NCBI GenBank assembly: GCA_002269645.1
Contig: NIVC01000996.1
Location: 124,001 to 188,000 of the forward strand
Length of the DNA: 64,000 nt
Direction: 5' to 3'
Source of the DNA: Macrostomum lignano
Lineage: Eukaryota
Shown: one piece after another, positions 49,421-62,883 of the stretch
Layout of the letters: every line of letters starts with the position of its first letter
How positions within the stretch are numbered: the stretch's first letter is position 1
Notes under the pieces: model-generated
Seen by the model: the letters and a program-made list of their open reading frames with translations, nothing else
Databases searched by the model: none
Told to the model about the DNA's origin: nothing
Translations under genes and position numbers: made by a program

Positions 49421-50321
49421 ACAAGCTGTTGAAACCCGCGGATTTTGAACCCGGGGAATTCCAATCCCCGGAACTACTTTTGCATGTATTCTGAAATCTA
49501 AGGTCATACACAAACAAAATCTTGTTAATAGTTAGTAGGATAGAGGTAGACATAAAATGAACACATTAGTGTTTTGATTTGAAGCAAACATTGATATTGT
49601 TGGCTGGGTTATTTCACAGAATGTCAGGCAATGTCTGTCTGACTCTAAAACATGTATTGGCAAACTCTGGCCTCTCCCTGACTCTCCCTATGTCCCTTGG
49701 ATCCTTTAAAATTTCTATCGTTTCTTCTGTTTCCTCTCTTCTCTCTCGTCCCTCGTCTCTCCTCTCTTCTCTCATATCTTCCCTCATCTCTCTTCTCTTT
49801 CATCTCTCTTATCTCTTCTCTCTTCTCTCCTCTCTCCTGTCTCCTCTCTACTTTTCGTTTTCTCTCTCCTCTCCTCTCTCCTCTCTACTCTTTCGTTTTC
49901 TCTCTCCTCTCCTCTCTCCTATCTTCTTTCGTATCTTCCCTCATCTCTCTTCTCTTTCATATCTCTTATCTCATCTCTTCCCTTTTCTTTTCTCTCTCCT
50001 CTCCTCTCTCCTCTCTACTTTTTCGTTTTCTCTCTTCTCCTCTCTCTCCTCTCTCCCCCTCTTCTCTCGTCTCTTCCTTCTCCTCTCTATTCTTTTCTCT
50101 CTTCTCTTAACTCTCTCCTCTCTCCTCTTTCCTCTCTCTCTCCTCTCTCCCCTCTTCTCTCACCTCTTTCCTCTCATCTCTTTTCTTGTTTTATATCTTC
50201 TCTCTCCCCTCGTCACTCGTCTCTTCCCTCACCTCTCTTCTCTCTTGTCTGCGTTTTTATCTCTCCTTTCTCTTCTTTTATCTTTTCTCTCTTATCTCTT
50301 CTAGTTTCTCTCTGCTCTGCG

Positions 50322-50371
<50 letters not shown>

Positions 50372-52414
50372 TCTCCTCTCCCATCTCTCTTCTCCTCTCT
50401 ACTCTCTCCCCTCTTCACTCTCCTATTTCCTCTTCTCTCTCCCTGTCTCTCCTCTCTCCTCTAGTCTCTGTAATCTCTTCTCTCTTATCTCTCTTCTGTT
50501 CTCTCTACTCTCCCATCTCTCGTCTGTTCACCCTCATCTCTGCTCTCTCATCTGTCATCTTTACTCTCTCATACGTTCTCTCACTTATCTCCTCTGTACT
50601 CTTCTCTTTCACCTCTTCTGACTCCTCTCTTTCCTTACTCCTCTCTTCTTTTCTCTTCCCTCTTCTATACTCTCTCTCCTCTATTATCTTCTCTCGTCTC
50701 TCTGCACTCTCCTCTCACCTTTTTCATCTCTCATCTTTACTCTCTCATCTCTCCTTTCATTTGTCTCATCTCTACAATCTCATCTCTCCTTTCTCCCCTC
50801 TTCTTACACCCCTCTCTTATCTCTATCTCTTCTCTTCTCACTCCTCTCTCCCCCTCTTATCTCCTCTCTTCTATATCCTTTCTACTCTCTCCTCTCCTCT
50901 TGACCCTCTGTCATCTTCTTTCTGCTCTCTCATCTCTACTCTCTTCTCACTCTTCTCTACTCTCCTCTCATCGATCCTCTGTCTCATCTCTCCCCTCTTC
51001 TCAGCTTTACTCTTTCCTCTCCCTCCTTTCTCCCCTCCTCTCGCTTCTTCCTCCCTTCTTCTCTGCTCTCTCCTCACCACTTGTCTCTCCTCTTATCTTC
51101 CATGTTTTCTCTTATCCCCGTCTCGCCTCTCCTCTCTTCTAATAGTCTACTCCTTCTCCTTTCCACTCTCATCTGGCCCGCACATAAGCTGGATTTTTTA
51201 TCTGGCTTTTGAAGTAAAAGTCTGCCGATCCCTGCTTCGAAAGCCAGTTTGTGGGACGTACTACTCTCATCGTTATTCTCATGCTTTGATCACGTCATCT
51301 TTCTTGCCAATTTGCAGCCCTAAAAGGAATTTGTGTACCGGTATCTTCAGCTCCACTGCAGTCTGCATCAGTCTAACAACCAAGGAAATACGCATTTCTT
51401 AGGCCATTTAAATTTCAAAGTACTTTTAAGAGAAACTTAAAATTTCCATGGTGTGCCTAATTTAGTAGGGTTGTATTTCATTGCATCGCATCGCCTTTTC
51501 ATAAATATTTCGCTTTTACAAACCATGCTGGATTGCCTCGATTTGCCAATTGCCATCCACTGTTAAACTGCTGCAGAGTTTGCCAATACAGAAGAGGGGA
51601 GGGCAGTGGTTAGAATTTCTCACTAAACTGTTATGGCTAAACGTAGCCTCTCCACTTGCGAGAAGGCTATAAATAAAGTTATTCCAAAACACTGTACATT
51701 TGCTATGTACATTCAGTCCTATCGCCTGACCCTTCGTCTGGCTCTGGGGGGAATGAGTGGAGTGAGTGAGTGGCAGAAACAATAGAAAAAGCAGACAAAC
51801 TTCACATGCTTACAGTTTCTTTTTCGGTTGAGTTACAGAGTTGAAACTTTACATTTAGATAGAGAATGAGTCAATGAAGAATTGTGTCAAGTTTGAAGTC
51901 AATCGATTTATTTGGAGCAAACTTATGGCAGCTGAAAGTTAGTTAATTTTGAAACCCTTTTACACATCTGGGCCCAGATCGGGATCGAGAAAGAGAGGCA
52001 GGCGGGCGGAGGTTGGGGTGGTTGCTACGCTGAAAAAAGCAGCCTAACTTTAAAAGTGCACAGCGCCGTTCAGGATTAACTTTGAAACTCGAAATTTTAC
52101 ATGATTGTTCCAAAATAGTTTAAGATTATCTGTGTCAAATTTGAAGAGAATCGGTAGAAGTGGAGCGGCGCTAAGGAGGCTTTAGTAAAAAAATCGCGCA
52201 TTTTGAGCAGTTTTTTGTACTTTTAGCTAGGAAGACTCAAATTTAGGAAATTGAAAGGTAGCCTAAGACATTCTCCGTAGTGAGTTTAGGGTGGGTGTAA
52301 AATTTGGTGTCATTTGGTTGAGCGGTTTGGGAGTCCATAGCGATCAAAAATGTCCACACACACACACACAGACACACACACAGACACACAGAGTTTTGAT
52401 TTTTATATGTAGAG
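49421..52414 (+). mobile_element. Helentron/DINE-1-like non-autonomous element, family A copy 1 (diverged)
   Basis: Starts ACAAGCTGTTGAAACCCGCGGATTTTGAACCCGGG; ~1.5-kb CT tract; ends ...GGTTGAGCGGTTTGGGAGTCC...(CA)n GAGTTTTGATTTTTATATGTAGAG. Confidence 0.6.
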
Positions 52415-55400
52415 ACAAGCTGTTGAAACCCGCGGATTTTGAACCCGGGGAACTCCATTCCCTGGATTTTTTTGCATGTATTCTAAAATCTGAGGTCAAA
52501 CTCAATCAAAAACTTGTTAATAGTTAGGATTAGAGTTAAATAGTGTACATTCATGTAAAATTAGGATTGGAGGCAAACATTGCTAGTGTTGGCTGGGGTG
52601 CTGCGCAGAATGTCAGGCAAACTCTGGCCTCTACCTCTGCCTCTCCCTATGTCCTTTGCATCCTTTGAAACTTCCATCTTCTTTTCTGTTTCCTATCTTC
52701 TCTCTTGTCTCTTCTCTCTCTCTCTCCTCTTATCTCTTCTTTCTTCTCTCCTCTGTCCTCTCTCCTCTCTCGTCTCTTCTCTCGTCTCTTCCATCTCCCC
52801 TCTATTCTTTTCTCTCTCTTTTCCTCTTTTCTCTCTGGTCTCTGGTCTCTCATATCTCCTTTCTCCTCTTTTATCTCTTCTTGTTTCCCTCTGCTCTCTG
52901 CTCTCTCTTCCCTCACCTCTCTTCTCACTCCTTACTATACCCTCTCTTAACTTTTTCCTTATCTCTACTCTCTCCTTTTTCCTCTCTTCTCTCAACTCTC
53001 TCCTCTCATGTCTTCTATCCCTCACCTCCTTTCTCTCTCGTCTTTGCTATCTTATCTCTCATTTTTCTTCTTTTATCTTCTCTCTCCTCTCCCCCCTCTC
53101 TCCTCTCATCTCTCTGCTATCTCCTGTCCTATCTCTCTTCTCTCTAATCTCTCCCCTCTTTCCTCTCCTCTCTCGTCCTTTTCACCAATTTCCCCTGTCC
53201 TCTCGATTCTCTCTGTTCCCCTCCTCTCTCCTCACTCACTTCTCATTTCCCCCCTGTCTGCACCTCTCATCTCTTATTTCTTATCTCTCCTCTTTTCTCT
53301 CTACTCTCCCATCTCTCGTCTGTTCTGATCTCTCATCTCCCCTCTCTGTTCTGTCATCTTTACTCTCATATGTTCTCTCACCTCTCTCCACTTGTACTCC
53401 TCTCTTTCCCCTTTTTTGACTCAGGAGGACTCGATCCTTTCTTCTTTCTTCTTGTCTCTTCACTTCTCTCTTCTATACTCTCTCCCTCTCTTGTCTTCTC
53501 TCTTCTTTCTCACTCTCCTCTCTCCTTTCTTATATCGTCTGTTCACTCTCATCTTCGCTCTCTCATTCCCCTCTCTCTTCTGTCATCTCTACTCTCCTCT
53601 CTACTGTGTACTCTTCTCTTTCCCCTCTTCTGACACCCCTCTTTCCTTACTCCTCTCTTCTCTTCCCTCTTCTATACTCTCTCCCCTCTATTCTCTTCTC
53701 TCGTCTCTCTGCACTCTGTTCTCTCTTCCTTCATCTCTTATCTCGACTCTCTCGATCATCTTTTTTTCATCTCTCTCATCTCCACGATCTCATCTCTTTC
53801 CTCTCTCCTCCTCTTCCCTTTACTCTATCATCTCTCCTTTCTCCTCTCTTCTTTCTCAACTCTCTCTCTTATCTCTTATATCTTATATCTTATCTCAGCT
53901 TCTCACTCTTCCCTCTCTCATCTCTTATCTCCTCTTCTCACTCCTCTCTCTCCCCTCTATCCCCCTCTTATATCCTCTCTTCTCTATCCTTTCTAATCTC
54001 TCCTCTCGATCCTCTCTCATCTGCCTCTCTGTTCTCTCATCTCTCATCTCTTCTCACTCTTCTCTACTCTCCTCTCTCATTGATCCTCTGTCTCATCTCT
54101 CCCCTCTTCTCTCTCCATCTTCTCACCTCTAATTCCATCTCCCTTCTCTCTTCCCTCCTCTCGCTTCTTCCTCCCGACTCCCATATTCTCTGCTCTGCCG
54201 CTGCCCTCGACCCCCTCGTCTCTTCTGATATCTTTTATCTATTCTCTTATCCCCTCTCGCCCCTCCTCCCTTTCTAATAGTCTATTCCTTTTCCTTTTCA
54301 CTCTCATCTGCCCCGCAGCCATAAGCTTGATTCTTTATCTGGCCTTTGAGATAAAAATCTGCCGATCCCTGCTTCGAAAGCCAGTTTGTGGGACGTAGTA
54401 CTATCATGGTTGTTATAATTTCTCGTGCTCTTTCTGGCCAATTAGCAGTCCTGAGAGGAATTTGTGTATCTCCATTCTCTAGCTCCACCACCACAGTCTG
54501 CAGCAGTCTAACAACCAAGGAAATACGCATTTCTTAGGAGGTTATTTAAATTTTCAAGTACCTTATTCGTATCTTAATGTTAAAATTTTCATGGTGTAAG
54601 CAATTTAGTAGGATTGCATTGTAATCAGTTCATTGTAATCATTAATTTTTCGCTATTTTTACAAACCATCCCACATCGCCTTGATTTGCCATCCTTGTTT
54701 AACTCCTGCAGACTTGTCTTATACAGGAGTGAGGACAGTGGTTGAATCTCTCGCTAAACTCTCTCCTCTCCACGCCTCTCCACTCGCGGGGGTACAGAGA
54801 AGGCTATTAAAAAGTTATTCCAAAACACTGTACATTCGCTATGTACATTGAGCCCTATCGCCTGACCCTTCGTCTGGCTCTGGGGGAATGAGTGGAGTGA
54901 GTGAGTGGCACAAACAACAGAAAAAGCAGACAAACTTCACATGCTTACAGTTTCTTTTTCGGTTGAGTTACAGAGTTGAAACTTTACATTTAGATAGAGA
55001 ATGAGTCAATGAAGAATTGTGTCAAGTTTAAAGTCAATCGCTTTACGTGGAGCAAACTTATGGCAGCTGAAAGCTAGTCAATTTTGAAACCATTTACACA
55101 TCTGGGCTCAGATCGGTATCGGGAAAGAGAGGCAGGCGGGCGGAGGTTGGGGTGGTTGCTACGCTGAAAAAAAGAGCCTAACTTTAAAAGTGCGCAGCGC
55201 CGTTCAGGATTAACTTTGAAACTCGAAATTTTACATGATTGTTCCAAAATAGTTTAAGATTATCTGTGTCAAATTTGAAGAGAATCGGTAGAAGTGGAGC
55301 GGCGCTAAGGAGGCTTTAGTAAAAAAATCGCGCATTTTGAGCAGTTTTTTGCACTTTTAGGTAGGAAGACTCAAATTTAGGAAATTGAAAGGTAGCCTAA

Positions 55401-55522
55401 GACATTCTCCGTAGTGAGTTTAGGGTGGGTGAAAAATTTGGTGTCATTTGGTTGAGCGGTTTGGGAGTCCATAGCGATCAAAATTGTCCACACACAGACA
55501 GAGTTTTGACTTTTATAGGTAG
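52415..55522 (+). mobile_element. family A copy 2
   Basis: Same termini; near-identical to 59260-62372. Confidence 0.65.
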
Positions 55523-57879
55523 ACGAGTGGAACTCCTCCTTCGGAGGAGAAAGGGGAAGAACTCCCATCACCGGAATTCCATTCCCTGAATTATCCATCA
55601 ACTGAAATTCCATGTCTTGAATCCCATCTTCCAAATCGTCTCCAAATTCTTTACAAACCTTTAAAAGACCATAGCTCAAAGACTCTTACGTCTCTCATAT
55701 CTACTCTCTCCTCTCTTCGCTATTATCGTGACTCGCTTCTCTCTCCTCTCTCTCATCTCATCTCTACCCCTACTCTCTTATTTATCTCTACTCCCTTATT
55801 TATCTCTTCTCCCTCGTCTTTCGTCTTTCTTTTCTCCCTCTCCTGTTTACTCTCCTATCTTCTATCTTATCTCTCCCCTTTTCTCTCCTCTCTCATATCT
55901 CATCTCTAATCACTTATCTATCGTCTCCGCTCTACTTTCTCTCTTCCCTTTTCTCTCTTCTCTCTGCTCTCATTTCTCGTATCTCTTATACGCTCTCAAC
56001 CTCTCCTTTCTTATCTCCCATTTTTCTTCCCTCCTTTCTACTGCATCACCTGTCTCTTCTCCTCTCTTTTCTCTCCTCTCCATTCTCTCTTCTCTCCTCT
56101 CATCTCCCCTCATCTCTTCTCTAATCTCTAATCTCTTCTCTCTCTTATTTTCTCACTCATCTCTTTTCTCATTGCATCTCTCATCTCTCCTCTCTCTCCT
56201 CTCATCTGTACTATCTTATTTATCTCTTCTCCCAGGTCTTTCAAATTTACTCTCTCCTGTCTCCTCTCTCCCCTCGTCTTTCCTCTCTCATATCTCTTCT
56301 CTACTCACTTATCTATTCTCTCTCCTCTGCTCCCCTTTTACACTTTCCTATATGCTTTCACTCTCACCCTCCCCTTTCTTATCTGCTGTTTTTACACTCC
56401 TTTCTACCACCTGTCTCATCTCGTTTCTCTCCTCTCTGCACTCTCATCTTTACCCTCTTCTTTCTCCTCACTACTTTCTTCTCTTAAATCTCTGATCTCT
56501 GATCTTTCATCTCTCTCCTCTCACCTCTCACCTCTCTCCTCTCTTTCCTCTCTTCTATTGCCTCTGTACGCTCTTATCCCTCCTTTCTTCTCTCTCCTGT
56601 CTCCTCTCTGCTATCTCACATCTCCTCTCTCATATCCTCTCCCTTCATCTCCTCTCTCCTCTTCTCTTCTCTCTCCTTCGTTCCCGCCTTACTCCCCTCT
56701 TCTCTCCCATCTGTCATGTCTAATCTCTCCACTCATTTCTACTCTGTTTTCTATCATCTCATCTCTCTTCTCTTTTCATTCTTCTCTTTACTCTCTTCTC
56801 TGACTGATTGAAGATGCCAAATCCATCAAGATCCTCTCCGCGAAGCAGAAAAATCCTGTCCGTGCAACTGAAAACCATCGAAATCCTCTCCGTGAAACTG
56901 GACTCCTTCGAAATCCTCTCCTTGAAACTTAAATCCATCAAAATGGTCTCCATAAAACAGAAATCAATCATAAATTATCTCCGCGAAACAGAAATCCTCT
57001 CCGTGAAGCTGAACATCATCGAAATCCTCTCCGTGAAACTGAACATCATCGAAATCCTTTCCACGAAACTGAACACCATTGAAATCCTCTCCACGAAACT
57101 GAACACCATCGAAATCCTCTCCACGAAACTGAACACCATCGAAATCCTCTCCACGAAACAGAAATCCTCTTCGTCAAAATTAAAACATTGAAATCGTCTC
57201 TGCTAAACTGGACTCAATCGAATTTTTTCCGTCAAACAACTCAACTCTCCGGATTCATTGGTTAGGGTTAGGGTTAGGGTTAGGGTTAGAACTACGCACT
57301 GCTTCGTGTTAAAAGGCACTGATAAAAATATTAAACTAATTGAATCAATTCATTGCGCAACTGATTTCACAGTCAGTCAGTCAATCTAGCCTATGGAGAG
57401 AAAAAAGGCGCCAATAATAAAACCAATTGAATCTCGACACAGTCCTATCTATTTACACTGTACAACTGCTATGTACACTCAGCCCAAGCCCAACCCCCGT
57501 TCTGGGGGAAGCATTAAATTTAACTCGACCCCCCAATACGCGGGGGGTTTTATTTGCATTGAACGCAGAACACGCGCACCCACCACCCCTCAATACACAG
57601 CGGCCCACGGGCGGAGGTAGGGGTGGCTATTTTTACAAACTGGCTGCAGCCCCAGTCAGAGTGGCCAAAGAAGGTTATTGGGGGTTAAAAAAGCAGTTTT
57701 CTGCGTTTTTAGGGATGTTAAAATGTGAAAATTAAAAATTAAAATAGCCTAAAGCCTGCTCCGGAAAATTTGCAGTTTTCCCATATAAGTTTCGACGCTG
57801 ACTTGGCAGTATTGTAGGAGTTCACTTGCTACATACAGACAGACAGACAGACAAACATCGCGTCGGTTTTAGTATTAGG
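55523..57879 (+). mobile_element. Helentron/DINE-1-like family B copy 1
   Basis: Starts ACGAG..AA plus hairpin CTCCTCC-TTC-GGAGGAG; CT tract; ~33-bp repeats; (TTAGGG)4; ends (CAGA)n AACATCGCGTCGGTTTTAGTATTAGG. Confidence 0.55.
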
Positions 57880-59259
57880 ACGAGGCCAACTCCTCCTCTG
57901 GAGGAGAAAGGGGAAGAATTCCCATCACCGGTACTCCATTCCCTGAAATGCCATTCCCTGAATCCCATCATCCAACTCCTCTCCGCGAAACTGAACATCA
58001 TCGAAATCTTCTCCGTAAAAGAGAACTCCATCAAACACCTCTCCGTGAAACTGACATTCATCAAAATCCCCTCCGAGAAATAGAAATCCTCTCCGTGAAA
58101 CTGGACTCCATGGAAATCCTCTCCGTGAAACTGACATCCATCAAAATCGTCTCCGCGAAACAGAAATTCTCTCCATTAAACTGGACTGAATCGAAATTTT
58201 CTCCGTAAAAAAGAATCAACTCTCAGGATTTAGTGGTTAGGGTTAGGGTTAGGGTTAGGGTTAGAGCTACAACGCAGCAGCATGTTGAACCAATTGAATT
58301 CATTGAATGCGCAACCGATTTCACAGTCAGTCAGTATCAGTCTCGGTAAAAGTTAACAAAAAGATTGCGCAAACTAAATCAACCCTCCAATACACAGCGA
58401 CTGACCCCCTTCCAATACGCAGTGGCAATTAAAAGTTGAACCCCCCCCCCTCCCACCAACTGTTGGGGGGTTGGTCGAACCCCCATTGAACTCCAAAATG
58501 AGTACACTGCCGAAAGTTAAAAGTATGGAAATCGTTTTTTAAATGCTGTGCTTTTTGTTTTCACATTTAAAGCAAACAACTTATATCCCCGAACTCAGTA
58601 TTGCAAGATCTTTCCAGTAATATAAGTCTCTCCTCTGAAAGTTTAAAACTCGAGGAACAGTTAGCGCTTGAAATTTCCTGATTTAAAGCATTAAAGTATC
58701 GAGTGTACGTTCACAGCCTGCTAAAGAGGCTCGCAAGTTTATTCATTAAATTTTACTGCCCAGCAAATACACATGGCTGCCTATTGAATGCCGCCGATAA
58801 TAAAACCAATTAAATCTCGACACAGTCCTAGCTATCTCCTTACACTGTACAACTGCTATGTACACTCAGCCCAAGCCCAACCCCCGTTCTGGGGGAAGCA
58901 TTAAATTTAACTCAACCCCCAACACGCGGGGGGGTTTATTTGCATTGAACCCAGAACACGCGCACCCACCACCCCTCAATACACAGCGGCCCGCGGGCGG
59001 AGGTTGGGGTGGCTATTTTTACAAACTGGCTGCAGCCCCAGGCAGAGTGGCCAAAAAAGGTTATTGGGGGTTAAAAAAGCAGTTTTCTGCTTTTTTAGGG
59101 ATGTTAAAATGTGAAAATTAAAAATTAAAATAGCCTAAAGCCTGATCCGGAAAATTTGCAGTTTTCCCATATAAGTTTCGACGCTGACTTGGCAGTATTG
59201 TAGGAGTTCACTTACAACATACATACAAACAAACATCGCGTCAGTTTTAGTATTAGGAG
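57880..59259 (+). mobile_element. family B copy 2 (no CT tract)
   Basis: Same start hairpin CTCCTCC-TCT-GGAGGAG, (TTAGGG)4, and a 3' ~470 bp homologous to copy 1. Confidence 0.55.
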
Positions 59260-62200
59260 ACAAGCTGTTGAAACCCGCGGATTTTGAACCCGGGGAACTC
59301 CATTCCCTGGATTTTTTTTGCATGTATTCTAAAATCTGAGGTCAAACTCAAACAAAAACTTGTTAATAGTTAGGATTAGAGTTAAATAGTGTACATTCAT
59401 GTAAAATTAGGATTTGAGGCAAACATTGCTATTGTTGGCTGGGGTGCTGCGCAGAATGTCAGGCAAACTCTGGCCTCTACCTCTGCCTCTCCCTATGTCC
59501 TTTGCATCCTTTGAAACTTCCATCTTCTTTTCTGTTTCCTATCTTCTCTCTTGTCTCTTCTCTCTCTCTCTCCTCTTATCTCTTCTTTCTTCTCTCCTCT
59601 GTCCTCTCTCCTCTCGTCTCTTCTCTCGTCTCTTCCATCTCCCCTCTATTCTTTTCTCTCTCTTTTCCTCTTTTCTCTCTGGTCTCTGGTCTCTCATATC
59701 TCCTTTCTCCTCTTTTATCTCTTCTTGTTTCCCTCTGCTCTCTGCTCTCTCTTCCCTCACCTCTCTTCTCACTCCTTACTATACCCTCTCTTAACTTTTT
59801 CCTTATCTCTACTCTCTCCTTTTTCCTCTCTTCTCTCAACTCTCTCCTCTCATGTCTTCTATCCCTCACCTCCCTTCTCTCTCGTCTTTGCTATCTTATC
59901 TCTCATTTTTCTTCTTTTATCTTCTCTCTCCTCTCCCCCCTCTCTCCTCTCATCTCTCTGCTATCTCCTGTCCTATCTCTCTTCTCTCTAATCTCTCCCC
60001 TCTTTCCTCTCCTCTCTCGTCCTTTTCACCAATTTCCCCTGTCCTCTCGATTCTCTCCCTTCCCCTCCTCTCTCCTCACTCACTTCTCATCTCTCCCTTG
60101 TCTGCACCTCTCATCTCTTATTTCTTATCTCTCCTCTTTTCTCTCTACTCTCCCATCTCTCGTCTGTTCTGATCTCTCATCTCCCCTCTCTGTTCTGTCA
60201 TCTTTACTCTCATATGTTCTCTCACCTCTCTCCACTTGTACTCCTCTCTTTCCCCTTTTTTGACTCAGGAGGACTCGATCCTTTCTTCTTTCTTCTTGTC
60301 TCTTCACTTCTCTCTTCTATACTCTCTCCCTCTCTTGTCTTCTCTCTTCTTTCTCACTCTCCTCTCTCCTTTCTTATATCGTCTGTTCACTCTCATCTTC
60401 GCTCTCTCATTCCCCTCTCTCTTCTGTCATCTCTACTCTCCTCTCTACTGTGTACTCTTCTCTTTCCCCTCTTCTGACACCCCTCTTTCCTTACTCATCT
60501 CTTCTCTTCCCTCTTCTATACTCTCTCCCCTCTATTCTCTTCTCTCGTCTCTCTGCACTCTGCTCTCTCTTCCTTCATCTCTTATCTCTACTCTCTCGAT
60601 CATCTTTTTTTCATCTCTCTCATCTCCACGATCTCATCTCTTTCCTCTCTCCTCCTCTTCCCTTTACTCTATCATCTCTCCTTTCTCCTCTCTTCTTTCT
60701 CAACTCTCTCTCTTATCTCTTATATCTTATATCTTATCTCATCTTCTCACTCTTCCCTCTCTCATCTCTTATCTCCTCTTCTCACTCCTCTCTCTCCCCT
60801 TTATCCCCCTCTTATCTCCTCTCTTCTCTATCCTTTCTAATCTCTCCTCTCGATCCTCTCTCATCTGCCTCTCTGTTCTCTCATCTCTCATCTCTTCTCA
60901 CTCTTCTCTACTCTCCTCTCTCATTGATCCTCTGTCTCATCTCTCCCCTCTTCTCTCTCCATCTTCTCACCTCTAATTCCATCTCCCTTCTCTCTTCCCT
61001 CCTCTCGCTTCTTCCTCCCGACTCCCATATTCTCTGCTCTGCCGCTGCCCTCGACCCCCTCGTCTCTCCTGATATCTTCTATCTATTCTCTTATCCCCTC
61101 TCGCCCCTCCTCCCTTTCTAATAGTCTATTCCTTTTCCTTTTCACTCTCATCTGCCCCGCAGCCATAAGCTTGATTCTTTATCTGGCCTTTGAGATAAAA
61201 ATCTGCCGATCCCTGCTTCGAAAGCCAGTTTGTGGGACGTAGTACTATCATGGTTGTTATAATTTCTCGTGCTCTTTCTGGCCAATTAGCAGTCCTGAGA
61301 GGAATTTGTGTATCTCCATTCTCTAGCTCCACCACCACAGTCTGCAGCAGTCTAACAACCAAGGAAATACGCATTTCTTAGGAGGTTATTTAAATTTTCA
61401 AGTACCTTATTCGTATCTTAATGTTAAAATTTTCATGGTGTAAGCAATTTAGTAGGATTGCATTGTAATCAGTTCATTGTAATCATTAATTTTTCGCTAT
61501 TTTTACAAACCATCCCACATCGCCTTGATTTGCCATCCTTGTTTAACTCCTGCAGACTTGTCTTATACAGGAGTGAGGACAGTGGTTGAATCTCTCGCTA
61601 AACTCTCTCCTCTCCACGCCTCTCCACTCGCGGGGGTACAGAGAAGGCTATTAAAAAGTTATTCCAAAACACTGTACATTCGCTATGTACATTGAGCCCT
61701 ATCGCCTGACCCTTCGTCTGGCTCTGGGGGAATGAGTGGAGTGAGTGAGTGGCACAAACAACAGAAAAAGCAGACAAACTTCACATGCTTACAGTTTCTT
61801 TTTCGGTTGAGTTACAGAGTTGAAACTTTACATTTAGATAGAGAATGAGTCAATGAAGAATTGTGTCAAGTTTAAAGTCAATCGCTTTACGTGGAGCAAA
61901 CTTATGGCAGCTGAAAGCTAGTCAATTTTGAAACCATTTTACACATCTGGGCTCAGATCGGTATCGGGAAAGAGAGGCAGGCGGGCGGAGGTTGGGGTGG
62001 TTGCTACGCTGAAAAAAACAGCCTAACTTTAAAAGTGCACAGCACCGCTCAGGATTAACTTTGAGACTCGAAATTTTACATGATTGTGCCAAAATAGTTT
62101 AAGATTATCTGTGTCAAATTTAAAGAGAATCGGTAGAAGTGGAGCGGCGCTAAAGAGGCTTTAGTAAAAAAATCGCGCATTTTGAGCAGTTTTTTGCACT

Positions 62201-62372
62201 TTTAGGTAGGAAGACTCAAATTTAGGAAATTGAAAGGTAGCCTAAGACATTCTCCGTAGTGAGTTTAGGGTGGGTGTAAAATTTGATGTCATTTGGTTGA
62301 GCGGTTTGGGAGTCCATAGCGATCAAAATTGTCCACACACACACACAGAGTTTTGATTTTTATAGGTAGAGA
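59260..62372 (+). mobile_element. family A copy 3
   Basis: Direct repeat of 52415-55522 at 6845-bp offset. Confidence 0.65.
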
Positions 62373-62883
62373 TTGTTCAAAACTATGTTATAAATTTATC
62401 AATATCTATGGTAGCAATATACATGCCCATTTTACATCTAAGTGAAAAATAAAATATTTAAAACAGATTTACATAGTATATTAGAAAAACAAGTATTTCT
62501 TATCTAATTTCTTGACTGTACATTCTAACAAGTCACATCGCCCGTGCACCAACCCCCATTTTGGGGTCCTACTAAATGTACGCATGTATGTATATATTCC
62601 AATGTGTGACTTTTCAATACGTTTGTGGCACACTGGGGTGGGTTGGGGTGCTGACGTAGTGACAGTTCTCTCAAGGTCATTTGGTAATCACGACACTAGC
62701 TCGTGGTTTTTTACACCTGCATCTTTCCCGCCGAGGAGGCAAAGTGCGTGATTAAAAAAGGACCGGCTCGTCTAGAGAGAATCCGCCTTCAATTAACAAA
62801 AGCGAACAATAAACGGGATTAGAAAAAAGTTTCACTCGATCGTGAGTCGTGAAAAGCGAAATAGAATTACAATAATCGATTGT

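Noticed and set aside
57262-58264. True chromosome end
   Set aside because: Only four repeats, internal to dispersed elements, with genes beyond.
49579-61121. Many L/S-rich and E/R-rich ORFs
   Set aside because: Artefacts of stop-poor CT/GA tracts within repeated elements.
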